Assembly: GCF_036321535.1 (NCBI RefSeq)
Contig: NC_087437.1
Span: forward strand, 63,800,001 to 63,864,000
Length of the DNA: 64,000 nucleotides
From: Camelus dromedarius
Lineage: Eukaryota
Reading direction: 5' to 3'
Part shown: positions 1 through 15,299 of the stretch, piece by piece
Layout of the letters: each line of letters begins with the position of its first letter
Numbering within the stretch: position 1 is the stretch's first letter
Position numbers and translations under genes: made by a program
Notes under the pieces: generated by a model
The model's database searches: none
What the model saw: the letters and a program-made list of their open reading frames with translations, nothing else
What the model was told of the DNA's origin: nothing

Positions 1-320
1 GGAGATTGGTTAAATACATTATGCTATATTCACACAATGGAATTCTACTCAAAAAATAAAATGGATATTGTGGATGGATGTTAATTGGCATAAGAAAAAC
101 ATCCACGGTATTTTGCTAAGTAGAAAAAAGCAGATCCTAAAATTGTTGGTAGAGTAAAAGTTCCATTTTTGGTTAAGAAAAAAATTCATATGTTAATAGT
201 TCTTCCTAGGTGTTGTGATTATGAATGTGTTTTCTTTTATCTTTCTTTTTTCTAGTTTTTCCACATTTAATCATATATGGCTTTTGTTATGACAGTTGTT
301 TAACATTTTTGAATAACATG
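1..320 (+). mobile_element. Old L1 (L1M-type) 3' fragment
   Basis: gattggttaaatacattatgctatattcacacaatggaattctactc resembles L1M 3' UTR; AT-rich. Confidence 0.55.
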
Positions 321-489
321 AAAAGGAATGATCTAGGGAGAGCTCAGGGAATGAGAAGGGGATGGAGAATGGAACCCAGTCACCTTGATAGCTCAGGCCA
401 TCTGGCTTCTGTCCATGCAGCTGCCTGTCTGGGTGTCCCTGCATATTTGCTGCATGGCTATATGGTAAAGTACAAGGAGCAGACTGAAC

Positions 490-630
490 TTAGGTTTCAT
501 TCTGCTACAAACTGTGGACCTTGGGCAAACTAAGTCTCAGCTTTTCATCTTTATAGTGGGGAGAATAACATCTTCCACAAAATGGTCATATGAAAATAAG
601 ATTCACATATAATTGTTGCTTAATAAATAT
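490..630 (+). mobile_element. MIR SINE fragment
   Basis: ctgtggaccttgggcaaac...tctcagcttttcatctttatagtggggagaataac resembles the MIR core. Confidence 0.55.
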
Positions 631-814
631 TGGTCCATCCTCCTTTTCTTCTGGCTACTCCTTTTCTCCTGGCCCCAGATTCAACCTCTAGAGTCTTTTT
701 GGCCCTTACAGTGGGAATTAATGCCTCCTCTCTCCCAACCCCCAAAATGCTCTGTTTGGCCCTCTGGTGAACACTGAATTATGCTCTGAACTGGAGTAAG
801 TGGCTAGCTCCTCT

Positions 815-905
815 CCCTCCTTGACTGTGAGTAGAGTTGGGTCACCCTCTATCCCTATAGCACCTAGCACAGTGCTTTGCACATAGAGGGTGCTCTATGA
901 ATGTG
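815..905 (+). mobile_element. L2 3' end fragment
   Basis: gactgtgag...agcacctagcacagtgctttgcacatagagggtgctc resembles the L2 3' terminus. Confidence 0.6.
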
Positions 906-1489
906 GACTAATGGTGCTTTTTATGACTTCACTAATCATGGACTGATGGCTCAAACGCTGGACTACTCTAGGGTTAATTTATTTAGATCTCTTAGAATGT
1001 CTCTCCTCCCAGTTTGTAACTCTGGCAAGGTTTATTTTCCAATTTGCAAAGAGATGACCAACAGAGAAAGAAAGAGACGCTTGCCCGGACTTCAGAAGCT
1101 CTGTAGAGAGAGCTGGAGAAAGAGTAGTAAAGCAAAGGTTGTTTCTTCTTCCCCAGAGTAGAGATGTGGTGTTCTCACCTGTCCCAGTGTTAGACTGCCG
1201 CAACTTCCAGCAGGATAATTTGGGGCAAGGGGAATTGGGCAGGTATATCATTCCACAGGCCTAGGTCCTCTTTGACATGAAGTAAAGTCCTCTCCACTCC
1301 TTCCTCTCTGTTGCTGGTCCTGTCCAGGAGTATCTGGTCCTTCTCAGCTCTCTCCCCCACCCCCACCCCCGCCCCTCTCCTGCGGGGGCTCCGTACCCTG
1401 CTCTGGTGTGCATCCTCTGGTTAATACCTTGCTAGGTAGGTAGCCAGCCTGGCACTGCCGAAATATCTTTCGGTTGTAAGTCCTTTGTG

Positions 1490-1645
1490 GCCCATGGCAA
1501 GTTGATTAGGCTCTGAAGCCTGTCTTCACATTTATAAACTGGGAATAAGCACACGTGCCCTGTCACAACCCAGGGTTATTGAGGGGAATCAAATGGGATT
1601 TTTTAAAAAAAGTATGAACGTGCAAAGAGCTCTTTACAAATGCCA
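1490..1645 (+). mobile_element. MIR SINE fragment
   Basis: ggcaagtt...ctctgaagcctgtcttcacatttataaactgggaataa...cagggttattgaggggaatcaaatgg. Confidence 0.55.
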
Positions 1646-2415
1646 AGTGTTCCTAGTGCTGTTTGCCGGATTCCTTCTCGGTAACTATCCACCAAAGCGT
1701 TCCTGTCCGCCCCGCCCTGGTCGCATCGGCCTCACCCACTGCATCTCCATCTTTTCCGTCACTGTCTTCCTGCGCCTCAGAGATCCTCGGTCTCTCCATC
1801 TCCCCCGTCCATTTTCGGGTCTGTCTCTCGGGCCCCTCCGGCCCTCCAGGGACTCTGGTCTTCCGCTCCCTGCGGCAGTGGCTGCCTGGGCGCCCCCAGC
1901 CCGGTGCGCCTTCCTTTGGCACAGCCGCCCGGCCAGAGAATCGCCCAATAAGAGCGCCGGACTCAAGCCTGACAGCTCAGGAAGCGGCCAATCGAGCCGG
2001 GCCAGGGAAGGGGGGCGCAGCGCGGGGGCTGAAGTTGGGTTGAATGGGGGGATGGGGATTAAAGGGGGATACAAAAGAGGGGAGCTAGGACTAGGGGCGC
2101 AGGAACCTAAGCTGGGGACGGGGGAGGACCGCACGCCACCCAGGTCCGGAAAAGGGACCGCGGGCTGGACGCTGCTCCAGGAGCCAGGGAGGGAGGGGGC
2201 GCGGCGAGAATTTTAGGTGAGGAAGGGGAGCTGGGGACCCCACGACACCCGGCGCCTCACGAGGCCAGGCCTGAGGATGCCGGCGGGGTGCCGAGGCGGG
2301 GGCCGCGGCCCGGCCGGGGGCGGAGGCGGCTGCTCGCCTCTGTGAGCCGAGGCCGGAGAGACGCGGGGGGGGGGGGGCGGGGAGGCAACGGGAGGAGGGG
2401 ATGCAGAGGGCGCTC

Positions 2416-2442
2416 CGGCGGCGGCGGCGGCGGCGGCGGCGG
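2416..2442 (+). repeat. (CGG)9 trinucleotide repeat in the promoter/5' region
   Basis: Direct reading of the sequence. Confidence 0.9.
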
Positions 2443-3443
2443 CTGCTAGCTAGAGAGAAGGGAGGAGCGGCGCGAGCGGCCGGAGCGGCGCAGGGCCCGA
2501 GGCGTGCATGGCGCGCCCGGGGCCCGACTCCCGCGGGCCCCCCCCGGAGCGCTCCCTGGGCGCAGCGGCTCTTGGGCCGGCCCTTCTTTGCCGGCCGAAT
2601 CTGAGCCCCGGCCCTCGATCTCTGGATGCCTTGCTCGCCGTGAGAATCCCGCCTGCGTTGGGGTAGAACGGCGGCGGCGCTGTGCCGGATTTCGCCCTCC
2701 GCCTAGTCCTTCTGCAGCCGGCCGCGGTGGGCCCGCAGCCCGCGGCAAGGAGCCTGGGGCTTGCGGAGCCGGCGCGACAGCCCTCCTGGGCCAGCGAGTC
2801 CGGGCCAACCCCGCTCCGTTTTGGAAGAAGGGGGAGGCGAGAGGGGAAGGGCCGCGCTGCAGGAGCCGGTCCTCGCCCCCGCCCCCTGCGCGGACGCGCT
2901 GAAGGTTCGGCTCGGCTTTCGCGGGGGCCAAGCTCCCACTCTCGCCGCGGGAGGTGGGGGATGCGGGCGACAGCCCCCTTGGGCTCCAGGACCCTCCCCC
3001 CAGGGCTCCGGAGCTGTTGCTCCGCCCGCCGCCCCCTCCCCCGTCCTCTCCACCCTCCATCCCACCTCCCCACCCCTCGTAAGAAAATAATGCTGGCTGG
3101 CGCCCGCACCTCCCAGTCGCTCCCAGTCCGTCGCGAGGAAAGGGCGCCCGCTTGGTCTCCACGCCGGGACCCCTGCCGAGCCTCCCTAGCCGCCGTCTCG
3201 CCGCGTGTGCCGCTGGGCTCCGCTTAGACGGAATCTGCGAGCGCCGCGCCCGCGAATTGCCAGCCCCGGGGAGGCGCCGCCCGCAAGGACACCTCTCCGT
3301 CCCGCCTTGTCTGCAACTCCGGTCCTTCTTGAGCTCGACGCGAGCCAGGAGTCCGGACGTCCCTCTGCGCGCGGCGCAGCAGCTCGAGCAGTCCCCGCTG
3401 ACCCAGCTCGGAGCCAACTCCATCTCGGACCTGGGACTCCTGA

Positions 3444-4892
<1,449 letters not shown>

Positions 4893-7800
4893 TAAAGGGG
4901 TGAAAAAAGCCAGAGAGACATGGCTGTGTCAGCTATGCGGTGTCTTTCAGCCTTGGAACCCCCTCGGAGCCCTAGTATCTTCGTTTACAAAAAGAGTGCT
5001 CTTGTATTGTGTGTCTTAGCCATTATTGTGGGGATGCTAATGAGGAAGGAGGATTGGAGGAGAAAATCTATGGAGAGGTTCCCTTCTCTTCCTGTGCTTC
5101 TGTCCCAGTGTATAAAAGTCTCCTGACAAAAGTGGCCAGACCCTGTAGAATTCTCTCCCTCCTAAGAGCCACTGTTGGTTTGTTAACTCAGTCCTGGATA
5201 GAGGGTTGGGGAGGGGAGAACCTGGGTGCCCCTTACCCAGTCTTAGGGAGGAGAAATGTTAACCTTGCCAGTTGTCTGAGGCTGGGGGTTTGGGAACTGG
5301 AGATATCTCTGAACTTGAGGGAGGACTGACAAGTTTTTTTCATTTGCCAAAGTGCCCCAAGCCAAAAAGCTGCCTTCAGCAAAGGTGGAAGGAACCTCTG
5401 TAATGTGTGTGGTGACAGTCCGCCTCCTGGCCTGAACTGAAAGCTAGTGTTGGATGTCACGACCCTTTCCCGTGGGTGCTTCTAGTTATTGCTCGTAGTG
5501 GGGTTTGTTTTGTTTTGTTTTGTTTTGTTTTAATCCCTCCTGGGACTGGTTTCGTGAGCCTTGAACAGTGGGCTCAGGAGGAAATAAAACTTCTGCCTAG
5601 TTAACTGGTGACTCCCCTAAAGATTTGTGGGAGAGATGTGTGCTGGCCATGGCGACCCTGGGTGAGACCAGCTCCTCTGACATGCACCCTTTCTCCCTTG
5701 TCTGCAGCTCCGTGGGCCTCATCCATTGGCCCCTGCTGAGCCTACTTGGTTGCAGTGCAGCTTGGCTGTGAGAGTCAAGGGGGCTCTTGCTGCAGGCTAG
5801 TCTCTTGATCATAGATCCCACTGTGCCCTCGACCTCTCTTAGGGCATCTGCATCCTCTAACAGAACCTCTCAATTGTATTCCATTGTCATTGCCTCCCTC
5901 CTTCCCACTTCTAGTGCCTTTCCTCAGACTTGGATCCTGTTGAGGACTGCATCTTCCTTGAGGGCTCTCCTGTGCCCCCTGGCTTCCTGGGTCTGGTACT
6001 CTCCCACAGGGACAGTGTGGGCTTCAGGGTGCTAGGCTCTAGCTGCACCTCCAAGGTGCTCTGTGACTGGGAGGGAGGGGACCTGCCATCTCTCTGGGCC
6101 CCAGCTTTCTTGTCTAGTAAATGAAAGCACTATGCATGCCCCTTCCAGTTGCGACCCCTCTGTCTGAAGCCTCACCTCCTGCAAGGAGTCCCATCTTTTA
6201 TTCCAGCTATACTGGCTTCTCCCTCGAATGCATGGTCAACAATGGAGTCAGAGCCACAGATGGGGCGCTTACTTATTCTCCAGTGCCCGTTGGTTTTGTT
6301 CCCCATCCAACGTAAGCTCCTTGGATGCAGGAATCCTGAGGTGTATGTGTTTTTCCTTCTCCACCCTCTCTCTTTTTCTAACACAAGTTAGGGGACTTAG
6401 TGGGAATTTAATTACTGCTTGCCAATTTGGTTGTGTTCCAATGAGTGAAGTAGGTGGGGTTATTGATGCTAAGTTAATGTTTTTCTGATCTGGAATCAGA
6501 AGGAAAAAAAAATCTTTAGAGATCAGCTTTGAACTTGAGAGAGAAACCTATTGAGAACTGGTTTTAAAAAGTTAGGTACTATTGTTAGTGCTTATAAAAG
6601 CTCCAAATCTTTTGACCTGGGGACCCAGACTATCATATGAGTATTATATCTTTGGGGGTTATTCCTGGCTTGAATGGGAAGCAGGTTGCTAAGGTGGGTA
6701 TAGCTTTTCTGCAGAGGGAATGGCATGTCATCCACATGGAGCAGCAGAGATTTCCAGGATCATTCAGGGTATTTTCTGTACCATACTTGGGACTCAGGGT
6801 CTGATTACAGCCCTAGGCAATCCAGGATGTGTGATTTCAGGAGATTGGAGTCAGATCCCAGGACAGGAGTGCTGGACCTGGGATACTCTGTCTCCATCTT
6901 AGCATGAAGATGCCATTGCAGCAACAGAGTGTCTAATTGACTTCCCCTTCTAGTTCCTCAGGCCATTTCCTCTCCCTTCTCTCCCCACCTCTAGCACCTC
7001 CCACTCCATGCTTCTTTTACCCATTGTGGTCTTCAGAACTTCCTTTGTTTGTAGGCTTTTGGGTGGGTTTGCACTTAACTTCCCCTGACCTGCTGGGCTG
7101 AGTATAGCTGAGCTTGTTGGGAATGAGCCACCATCACAAACATTCTTTCTATTTGACTTGAGAGAAAACTGGATCTTTTTTCATTTGCGTTTGATTTACC
7201 TTTCTGATTATGTCTGATAAAAACCTTTGTCTTTCTTGAGCAAACCCTGCTGGATTGCAGGGAAATATTAGTGGGACCATCCAGCGTGACCCACCGCCTC
7301 AGGCTGCCCTGGAGTGGCAGGTGTTGGAGGATGGCTTGTTCTTTTCTTTGATGAAGATGCACATCCAGGGAAATGGAGCCACAACGTGTGGTTTCTAATG
7401 CTGGAGCTTTGGGAATTTCCCTCCACAGTGCCTTGGATACATAGTAGGCCCTCAGGAAACTGTGTTGGCATTTTTTCACTTCCCCTGGGAGACCAGCCCC
7501 TTTGCTCCCACGGCCCAGATCTTCAACAAGATCAGTGTCTGATTTGGGTATTTTACTCTTCCCAAGTGCCTTTTATGTTTGGGGCTCTGCCTTTGCTCCA
7601 ATTAGGAGGAGAAACATTTAGTATCTTATCAGTTGCCTCCTGATGGTTTTTACTTGAGGGAGCTGAGAGGCAAGGTGGGGCAGCCCTTTTTGGGGAATGA
7701 TGTTTCTTCCTTTTGCTACATCTCTGCCTCTAGCTCTTCCTCTGGTATCCATCCCCCTCCCCTTGCTCTTTCTCATGTCCCTTCTCTTTCCTCCCCTTCC

Positions 7801-8079
7801 AGTCCCCTGTTGCTCTCTGCCCATCTCTCCTCTCCTCTGCCTGCCTGCTTTTCTGCTTTCCCATCTCTTACTCTCCATTTGCAGCCTCAGCCTTGCCTTC
7901 TGTGCTCGTCTCACTGTTGTCTCCTCAGCGGGGTACAGTAGGAGCGTCACAGGGTTGTTTTTTTCTCCTTCTTTGCCTGTTAGAAGTCCCTCTGCTACAC
8001 CCATACCATAAATAACACTCGAGCATCTGCCAAACACATTCCTCACTTGTGTTAATAGGCTGCGATGATGCTGGAGCCT

Positions 8080-8093
8080 GTTGCTATGGCAAC
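8080..8093. promoter_or_regulatory. RFX X-box (GTTGCTATGGCAAC)
   Basis: 13/14 match to the palindromic RFX consensus GTTGCCATGGCAAC, in sequence with no recognisable repeat. Confidence 0.6.
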
Positions 8094-8756
8094 CTCATTT
8101 TTGTTTGACTGTATCCCACTCTGCTACATAAAGCCTCTACTTGCACTCACACACAAACAAGTACGTTCAGACAACTATTACATATGCTTGGGTATTAAAA
8201 GATTATTTTGGAAAAACCATCTTTGGTCTCCATGAGGGTGAGTGGTCATTTGGCCAAGGAGATGAGCATCTTCACTGTCCAGTGTTTCTCTAGGAGGTGA
8301 TAATGGATGGGAGAGCTCTTTGAAAAGTAGAGTCCTGTTCACATGTGGGGTATTTTTGTTCTGCAGCCCCATTAAACGAGTTTGACGTGATTTCAGAAAA
8401 GAAGATTCTGACCCGATGTGGGTCCCTGTGAGCACAGGAGAGCTGTCAGAGGTGGCCCTTGCAGTGTGGGCCAACCTATCCCCACACAGCTATCTTCAGT
8501 TCCTTCCTCTCTTCCCCCTAATCCTTTTGGAGAAACTTGGTGATTTCCTGCATTTCGTCCTTTGTGCCTGTTTGAACCCGCAACTGTCATCAGTTGTTCC
8601 AGAGATCAGAAAGGCACAGGTGCTGTTTGCGTGATGTTCTGTGACTATAAGCACGTGTGAGTGTCTGTACTGAGGAGTCTGAGGATGGATGGGGATGGGG
8701 AAGCAAACCAAGAACCCACCATTGTGGCTGTGGAGGTTTGGGTGTGTGGGTCCATG

Positions 8757-8930
8757 CGTGGGTGTGTGTCTCTCCTGTAGGCTGGCCCCAGTGTGTTCAT
8801 GCATGCATGTGTGTGTGTGTGCATGTGTGTATCTGTCTGTCGTGTGGGCTGGCCTCAGTGTGTATGTGCATCCGTGTGTGTGTGTGTGTGTGTGTGTAGC
8901 TATCTGTCTGTCCTGTGGGCCAGCCTGGGT
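8757..8930 (+). repeat. Degenerate ~70-bp tandem repeat (3 copies) with (TG)n spacers
   Basis: Three copies of tctgtcctgtgggctggcc(c/t)cagtgtgt-like units separated by TG runs. Confidence 0.65.
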
Positions 8931-11930
8931 GATGGAGGTGGTTTGCTTCCCCAGGGAAACCTTTGTGTTGCCTTTGAAAGGAGATCATCACAGCTGTTTA
9001 TTCTTGGTTGGTGGCTGGCTTGCCATGGTCATTTCTCTTTCTGATTGTGGGCCTTGATCGACCTTCTGACCTTGACCTCTGGCTCACATGCCTCCCATTC
9101 CATAATGAGGCTGGGGGGCAGACTTGAGGGGTCAGCTCCCCTGGCCCTATGGAGTCCTACTCTTCCCTTTCAAAACCTCAAGTTGTTCACCATCTGGGGA
9201 GCCACACGGAGAGCCGCCTCCTTGCTCTGGACCGTGGCCCAGAGGCCTGTGTGGTGGGTCATCGTGGCTGCCCCGTGTGTGCTACTGGCAGCCGCTGTCT
9301 CCCTGCCCGCCGGGGTGGTGTGGGAGAGGACACAATTCCACTCGATGCTGGGAATCGTCTGCCGCCAGTTACTTTCCCCATCACCCACACTTCTGAACGA
9401 GAGAAATGAGGCTGTAGTGAACTCCAGCAGCAGCAGCGGGCTGGGGCGGGAGGCTGGCTCAGAGTTTGTAGCTGTGGAGGGTCTGCTAGTCTTGCCGCAA
9501 CACTAATTGTATTTCCCAATTATATTTGCTAATTGCTTTCATTGATGGTGCCTCCTTCTCTGTGCAGCGGGAATGCGGTGCTTGGATGGGAGCAGAAGCC
9601 TCTAGGGGTGAGAGTCCAGCAGGGCTTCTGGAGAGGGGGGTGTCTTTTGGATCCCAGGAGTGCCTGGATTCCTGTGAGGAGGACTTCAGGAATGTCCAAG
9701 GCCCAGCCAAGGAGCAGAACGATCAGCCACTGTACTTGCGGGAATGTTGATTGTTAACAATTCAATCTAAGTTTTGATCAGGAGCAAGAGCATGAGGTCC
9801 GGGTGCTGTGGAATGCTCACGCTTGTCTATAAAGAGGACACAGACGATGTATTAAACTCCATCATGGAAACCTGCCCAGCCTCACAGAAGAGTTGTAAAA
9901 ATCCGTGTAAAAGGCCTGGACAGAAGCTCTCCTGGGCAGAGAGGGCCTGGCCACCAGCCGCTCGGTCAGAGGGTGTGGTGGGCAGCAGAAGCTATGCTGT
10001 GGCCCATGCTGGGCCCGGCCTTTTCCTCTCCCAAGAGCTGAGAACGCAGCGCCCACCTCCGTCCCAGCCAGAGGTGGGACGGGTGTAGGGGGAGGTGGAC
10101 CGAGGTGGGAGCCTCCCTGTGATTGTACCAGCCACTTGCTGGGTGACTTCCAGTCCACGGCTGCCCGCTTGGCACCTGACTTAACTTTATCTTGTGGTGG
10201 GTCCAGCTCGCGGTCATTAACTTCCCAGGAGCATCGCCAGTGTTGGAAATGGAAACAGTGTGCTCCAGGAGCTCCCGTGTAATTGTGCCCATAAATGCTG
10301 TGGGGACAGTTACATAAGTCACCCTTTAGTGTATCCCTCTTCCATCCATGCTTATCAGGTAGGGTAGCTCGCTAATGGAGGGCAGGATCGGTGTTCATTT
10401 TCTCTCCCAAATACAAAACTCCATGAAGATAATTGGAAAGCCCTACTTTCCCCCTCCTTCTCTCCAAGCAGTGTCTAAATGCAGGACAGGGAAGATCTCT
10501 CTACAACACTGTGAACAGAATCTGAGGGTTTCTAGTTAATGGACTGTGAACTCCATTTTGGTCTAACAGAAAAGACCAGTGGGGTCTTGGTTAGGTCTAT
10601 GGGCATATCCAGTTCATGAGAAGATTGAAGCCCCAACTGAAATACTATGTTTGATTCTAGAATTCAGAGAGGGTACCACTTTGGTAAGGGGACTGGAAGC
10701 CCTGCCTTCTGAGAGAGCATTGGAAAGGATGGGAGATAGTTACCTGGGAGGAGAGCAGAATGGCAAGGTGAGAAAGCAGAGACACGGAACGGACAGGGCG
10801 TTATTTATTGCTGCAATCCCTGTGGTCAGGTCTTAGAAGAGGGACTAGATTTATTTTCGGTTGCTCCCAAGGGCACAGTTGGGGCAAATGGGTGAACACA
10901 GTAGACAGATGTCAGCTCCAGGTAGGAGATAACTTTCTAGCCTTTGGGGTTGCAGCCATCAAAACAGATAGCTCCTGGGGTAGCCAGCTGTGTCAGTGGC
11001 TGTGTCCAAGGGGGACTGGATGGCCATCTGTCAAGCTTCTTACTGAGGAAATGGAAGGCTCTGCTTCCAAAGGTCTGGGGTGGGGCCCAGGAAGGGATCT
11101 GTTTTTTGAACAGCTTGGATCTAGTGTTTAAAGCTCTCCAGCTGATCTTGATGACTCTTAGGTTTGGGATCATTGGCCAAGATAACTGCTCAGGTCACAC
11201 CCAACCCTCAGATTCTGTGGCTTCGTGTCTTGCCACAGCATGACTGCCTCTGCAGTCTCTTGGGGTGTCCTCTTGTCATGCCCAGTTCAGCCTCCGTTTA
11301 AAGACGCAAAGTCACTGCAGACCTGCAGACGCATTAGCAGATGTCCAGGTGGGGCTGGTGCATGTACTGATGTAGGATGCAGAGTTGAAGGCAATTGGTA
11401 ATGGTGAAATAGGATGGGAAGGATGCCCAGACCTGGACCCATATTCTCTCATCCTGCCCCCCAGGCATTCCCAACCCCCTACTCTTGTTTGAAGCAAAGC
11501 AATCTGTGGCTCATCATTGGTGGTGGTAGTGGCTGAGGGTGGTGGTGGTCAGCAGAAAGATGGACCCTAGTTTGAGGTCTGGTTTATTTATTCATTTGTC
11601 TGATATGTGAATATGGCAAACACTGAGGATACTCCAGTTCCAGAATGGATGGTAGAGAACGTGGAAAATGAGGAGATCGGGGGTAGACAAGTGGTAGGGA
11701 ATTGGAGATGTTTTGAAGGAGGAGAAGTAGGGTGTAAGGAAAGGCAGAGGAGATTGGAGCTGTGAGTATGGGGAGGGGAAAAGCTTGGAAGTGGGGGCAG
11801 GGATGCTGTCTGGGAACAATGGGATATAGTCACAAGAAAAGGGGGGTAAACAAACAAACACAAGGAGACAGTAGTGGCTTTATTCTTTAAGCCAGCCTCA
11901 TGTGTCAGCCTTAACCCCCCCACCCCCTCC

Positions 11931-11952
11931 ACACACACACACACACACACAC
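11931..11952 (+). repeat. (AC)11 microsatellite
   Basis: Direct reading. Confidence 0.9.
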
Positions 11953-12559
11953 TTCTTGCTCTGGGAGGGTTATGAGCATTGCTTCTGGACTTGAAGCTTC
12001 CTGACCTCACTCTTGGATGGTCCCCTCTCCCTTCCCCTTAGGTGCTCTCTGGGCATTACCACACAGCTCACTGCAGTCCCACTTGGCTTTTGGAAGGGGT
12101 CCTGAGGGACCTCGGTGCCCAGTACATAGTAGGTGCTCAGTACGGGTTTGAATGAATGGATGAACGGGTGGTGGGGTGGGTGGACGGCTGCACACAGGCT
12201 CTCGGCTGTGCTGAAGTGCTAGACCAACACCTCCACAGAAGGAAGCGATGCAGCTCAGCTTGGAAGCCTATTTTGGTGGATTGTAATCCTAAACTCTGAG
12301 CAGGGCTTCCAAAATCCCTCCTGCTGCAATTTAAAACGTGTGCCTTCTTGGAAACAGAGAGCTGTTGCCTGGCACTGCCGATACTATATCCCTTCACAGA
12401 TTTGAAAACTATTATTAAGTCATTCTTTCAGCCTTCTCCCTATTCATTCAGACAACAACCATTTATTAGGTGCCTACTGTGTACCAGACACTGTGCTAGG
12501 CCATGAGGTTTCAAAGATGACTCAGCCCGGGTCCAGCATCCAGCACTGCCTTTAGCCCA

Positions 12560-12960
12560 GACTCTCCCACTGACTGTCCTTTGGAGGGATGTTAATAGAT
12601 GTTTCACATACACACATTCAGTCCTGTGTCAAATAAGTTTAGGAAATACTGGGTTAAATGGAATTCTTTATTGTAGAACTTTAAAGCTTTTAATGTGTTA
12701 ACATGTAGTAGAATTTGCCAAGAGGGGCTATTGCATGAAGATTTTTCGAATATATTTGACCCCAGAACCAGTTTTTTTGGGTGGGCTAATTAGGTTTATT
12801 TATTTATTCATCTTTAATGGAAGTACTGGAGATTGAGCCCAGGACCTCGTGCATGCTAAGCACACATTCTCCCACTGAGCTATACCCTCCCCGCCAGAAC
12901 CAGTTTTTGAAGGAACATAACGGGAGCATAAGTGTTTGCTGAACTTTAGAACACACTGCT
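12560..12960. mobile_element. hAT-Charlie non-autonomous DNA transposon (MER112-like), interrupted by a SINE
   Basis: gatgttaatagatgtt...gtcaaataagtttaggaaatactgggttaaa...ccaagagggg...tatttgacc resembles the MER112 consensus, with internal inverted symmetry (gtcaaata / tatttgac). Confidence 0.65.
12777..12893 (-). mobile_element. Camelid tRNA-derived SINE (Vic-1 type) with 15-bp TSD
   Basis: gtactggagattgagcccaggacctcgtgcatgctaagcac...ccactgagctataccc (reverse A/B boxes). Flanked by CCAGAACCAGTTTTT at 12762-12776 and 12894-12908. Confidence 0.85.
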
Positions 12961-13439
12961 TCAGGGGCTGGGTGGATCTTTGAAATTTCTCAGGGTCCAG
13001 CTCCCTGCCTCTGGGGTAAGCCTAGGCAAAGTCATCTAGATGGGGGCATTTATTTGTTTGGGGGGCTTTCCTTCCTCAAGAAAGAGATCGCCCTGCCTGC
13101 ATTGGCTGGCTGCCTGTTTTAAAGTCTCATTTCCCATCTGCATCTGAAATCCTTTAGAAGGTAAAATGATGGGGCTGAAAGGGACCAGGAAGGTGCTCCA
13201 TTATCTAGTTTCAGTTTCTTTTAGGGTTTTCTGCTGTCATTAGACATTGAAGCAAGTTGTGTTTCTGTATAATGACTTTTGGTGGGGCTGGGGTCTATGT
13301 GCTGAGGGTATGGCTGCCCACGGGGAAGTAGTGATGGGCTATTTCAGATCATCCTTCCCCCCATTTTCTGTTTCCTTCCCACCCCCACTCTCCAAAAGGA
13401 GGAAGCCCTTAAAGAATATCGATTATAAACAATGAGTAT

Positions 13440-13625
13440 ATATTGAGTTTTTATTGCAAGCCTGGCAGTGGACTAACCCCTTACACACATGACCTCATTT
13501 AATCTTGATACCAACCTTATGAGAAAGACATTTTAATTCCTATTTCAGGGCTGCAGAAAATGGGATAAGAGAAGGTAAGTCACTTCCCCAAGGTCACTCA
13601 GCGAGTGAGCATAGCAGATGGTTCA
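13440..13625 (-). mobile_element. MIR SINE
   Basis: cctcatttaatcttgataccaaccttatgag...attcctatttca...aggtaagtcacttccccaaggtcactcagc. Confidence 0.65.
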
Positions 13626-13950
13626 GTGCCTGCCCATATTCCCTGGGCATGTACCTTTCCGCTCTTGCCAGCCAGACTGCCAGCTGTCAGCACCTGAGGG
13701 CTTTCTCTGGCCCTGAGCCTCTCTGCCTGCTTGTGAGGCAGGTCAGAAGTGCTAGGGAGGGAGTTACCATCCCCAAAGCAGCCCTCAACCAATGACTGTT
13801 GGGTGTTGGTGGATAAATACCCCTGCTCCCTTGGCCCTGGCATAGGAGGAATATAACTTTAAGACAAGCTTGCTGTGTTGGCTCCCAGACTTGCAGAAGG
13901 ATTCTGCCCTGGTTGTCCACAGTCCCACGGTCGTAACAGGCTTGAAAACA

Positions 13951-14727
<777 letters not shown>

Positions 14728-14994
14728 AGGTAAACCACTTCTTTCAAATCCTTGCCTCAGGAACTTTTTCTAGTGGAAACCCAAATTGAGAGTGGAGACA
14801 CTGGGATTCTAACCCAGGTTTGACACTGGGGAGGGGAGTGGCCACTTACTGAGGCAAACATGGATCAGGTGCAGAACCCTATGGCAGACTCAGAACCCTA
14901 GTCCTGCCTGGCCTCTCACTCCTATTTGATAACATGTGTTTGTCACAGCAGAGTGGTTTCTGGACTAGTGGAATGATGTGAGATTTTAAAAACA

Positions 14995-15060
14995 ATATAT
15001 ATATATATATATAATACATATATTATATTATATATGTATTATATATATATATATATATAT
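14995..15060 (+). repeat. Interrupted (TA)n microsatellite
   Basis: Direct reading. Confidence 0.85.
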
Positions 15061-15299
15061 AATTTTAAATTTCTGGTTCTGAAAAATGTGTGACATTCTG
15101 TCCACTAGACAATGGTTTACATATCAGTCAAAAGATTCAAATACTTTGACATTTGATTAGCATTTTATAGATGACAAAGCACTTTACCCTGTTTGATCGT
15201 ATTTGCTTCTCATGACGGTTCTGAGGAGCTGATGAGTTAAGAAGATGCAGATGTTGGCTTTGGGGCCCAGGGGCTCAGAAGAAATCCCTGGTGATATAA

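Noticed and set aside
12820..12890. tRNA-like A/B-box sequence as a tRNA gene (also ~18945 and ~34185)
   Set aside because: Has an AT-rich tail, a TSD and multiple diverged copies, which marks it as a tRNA-derived SINE.
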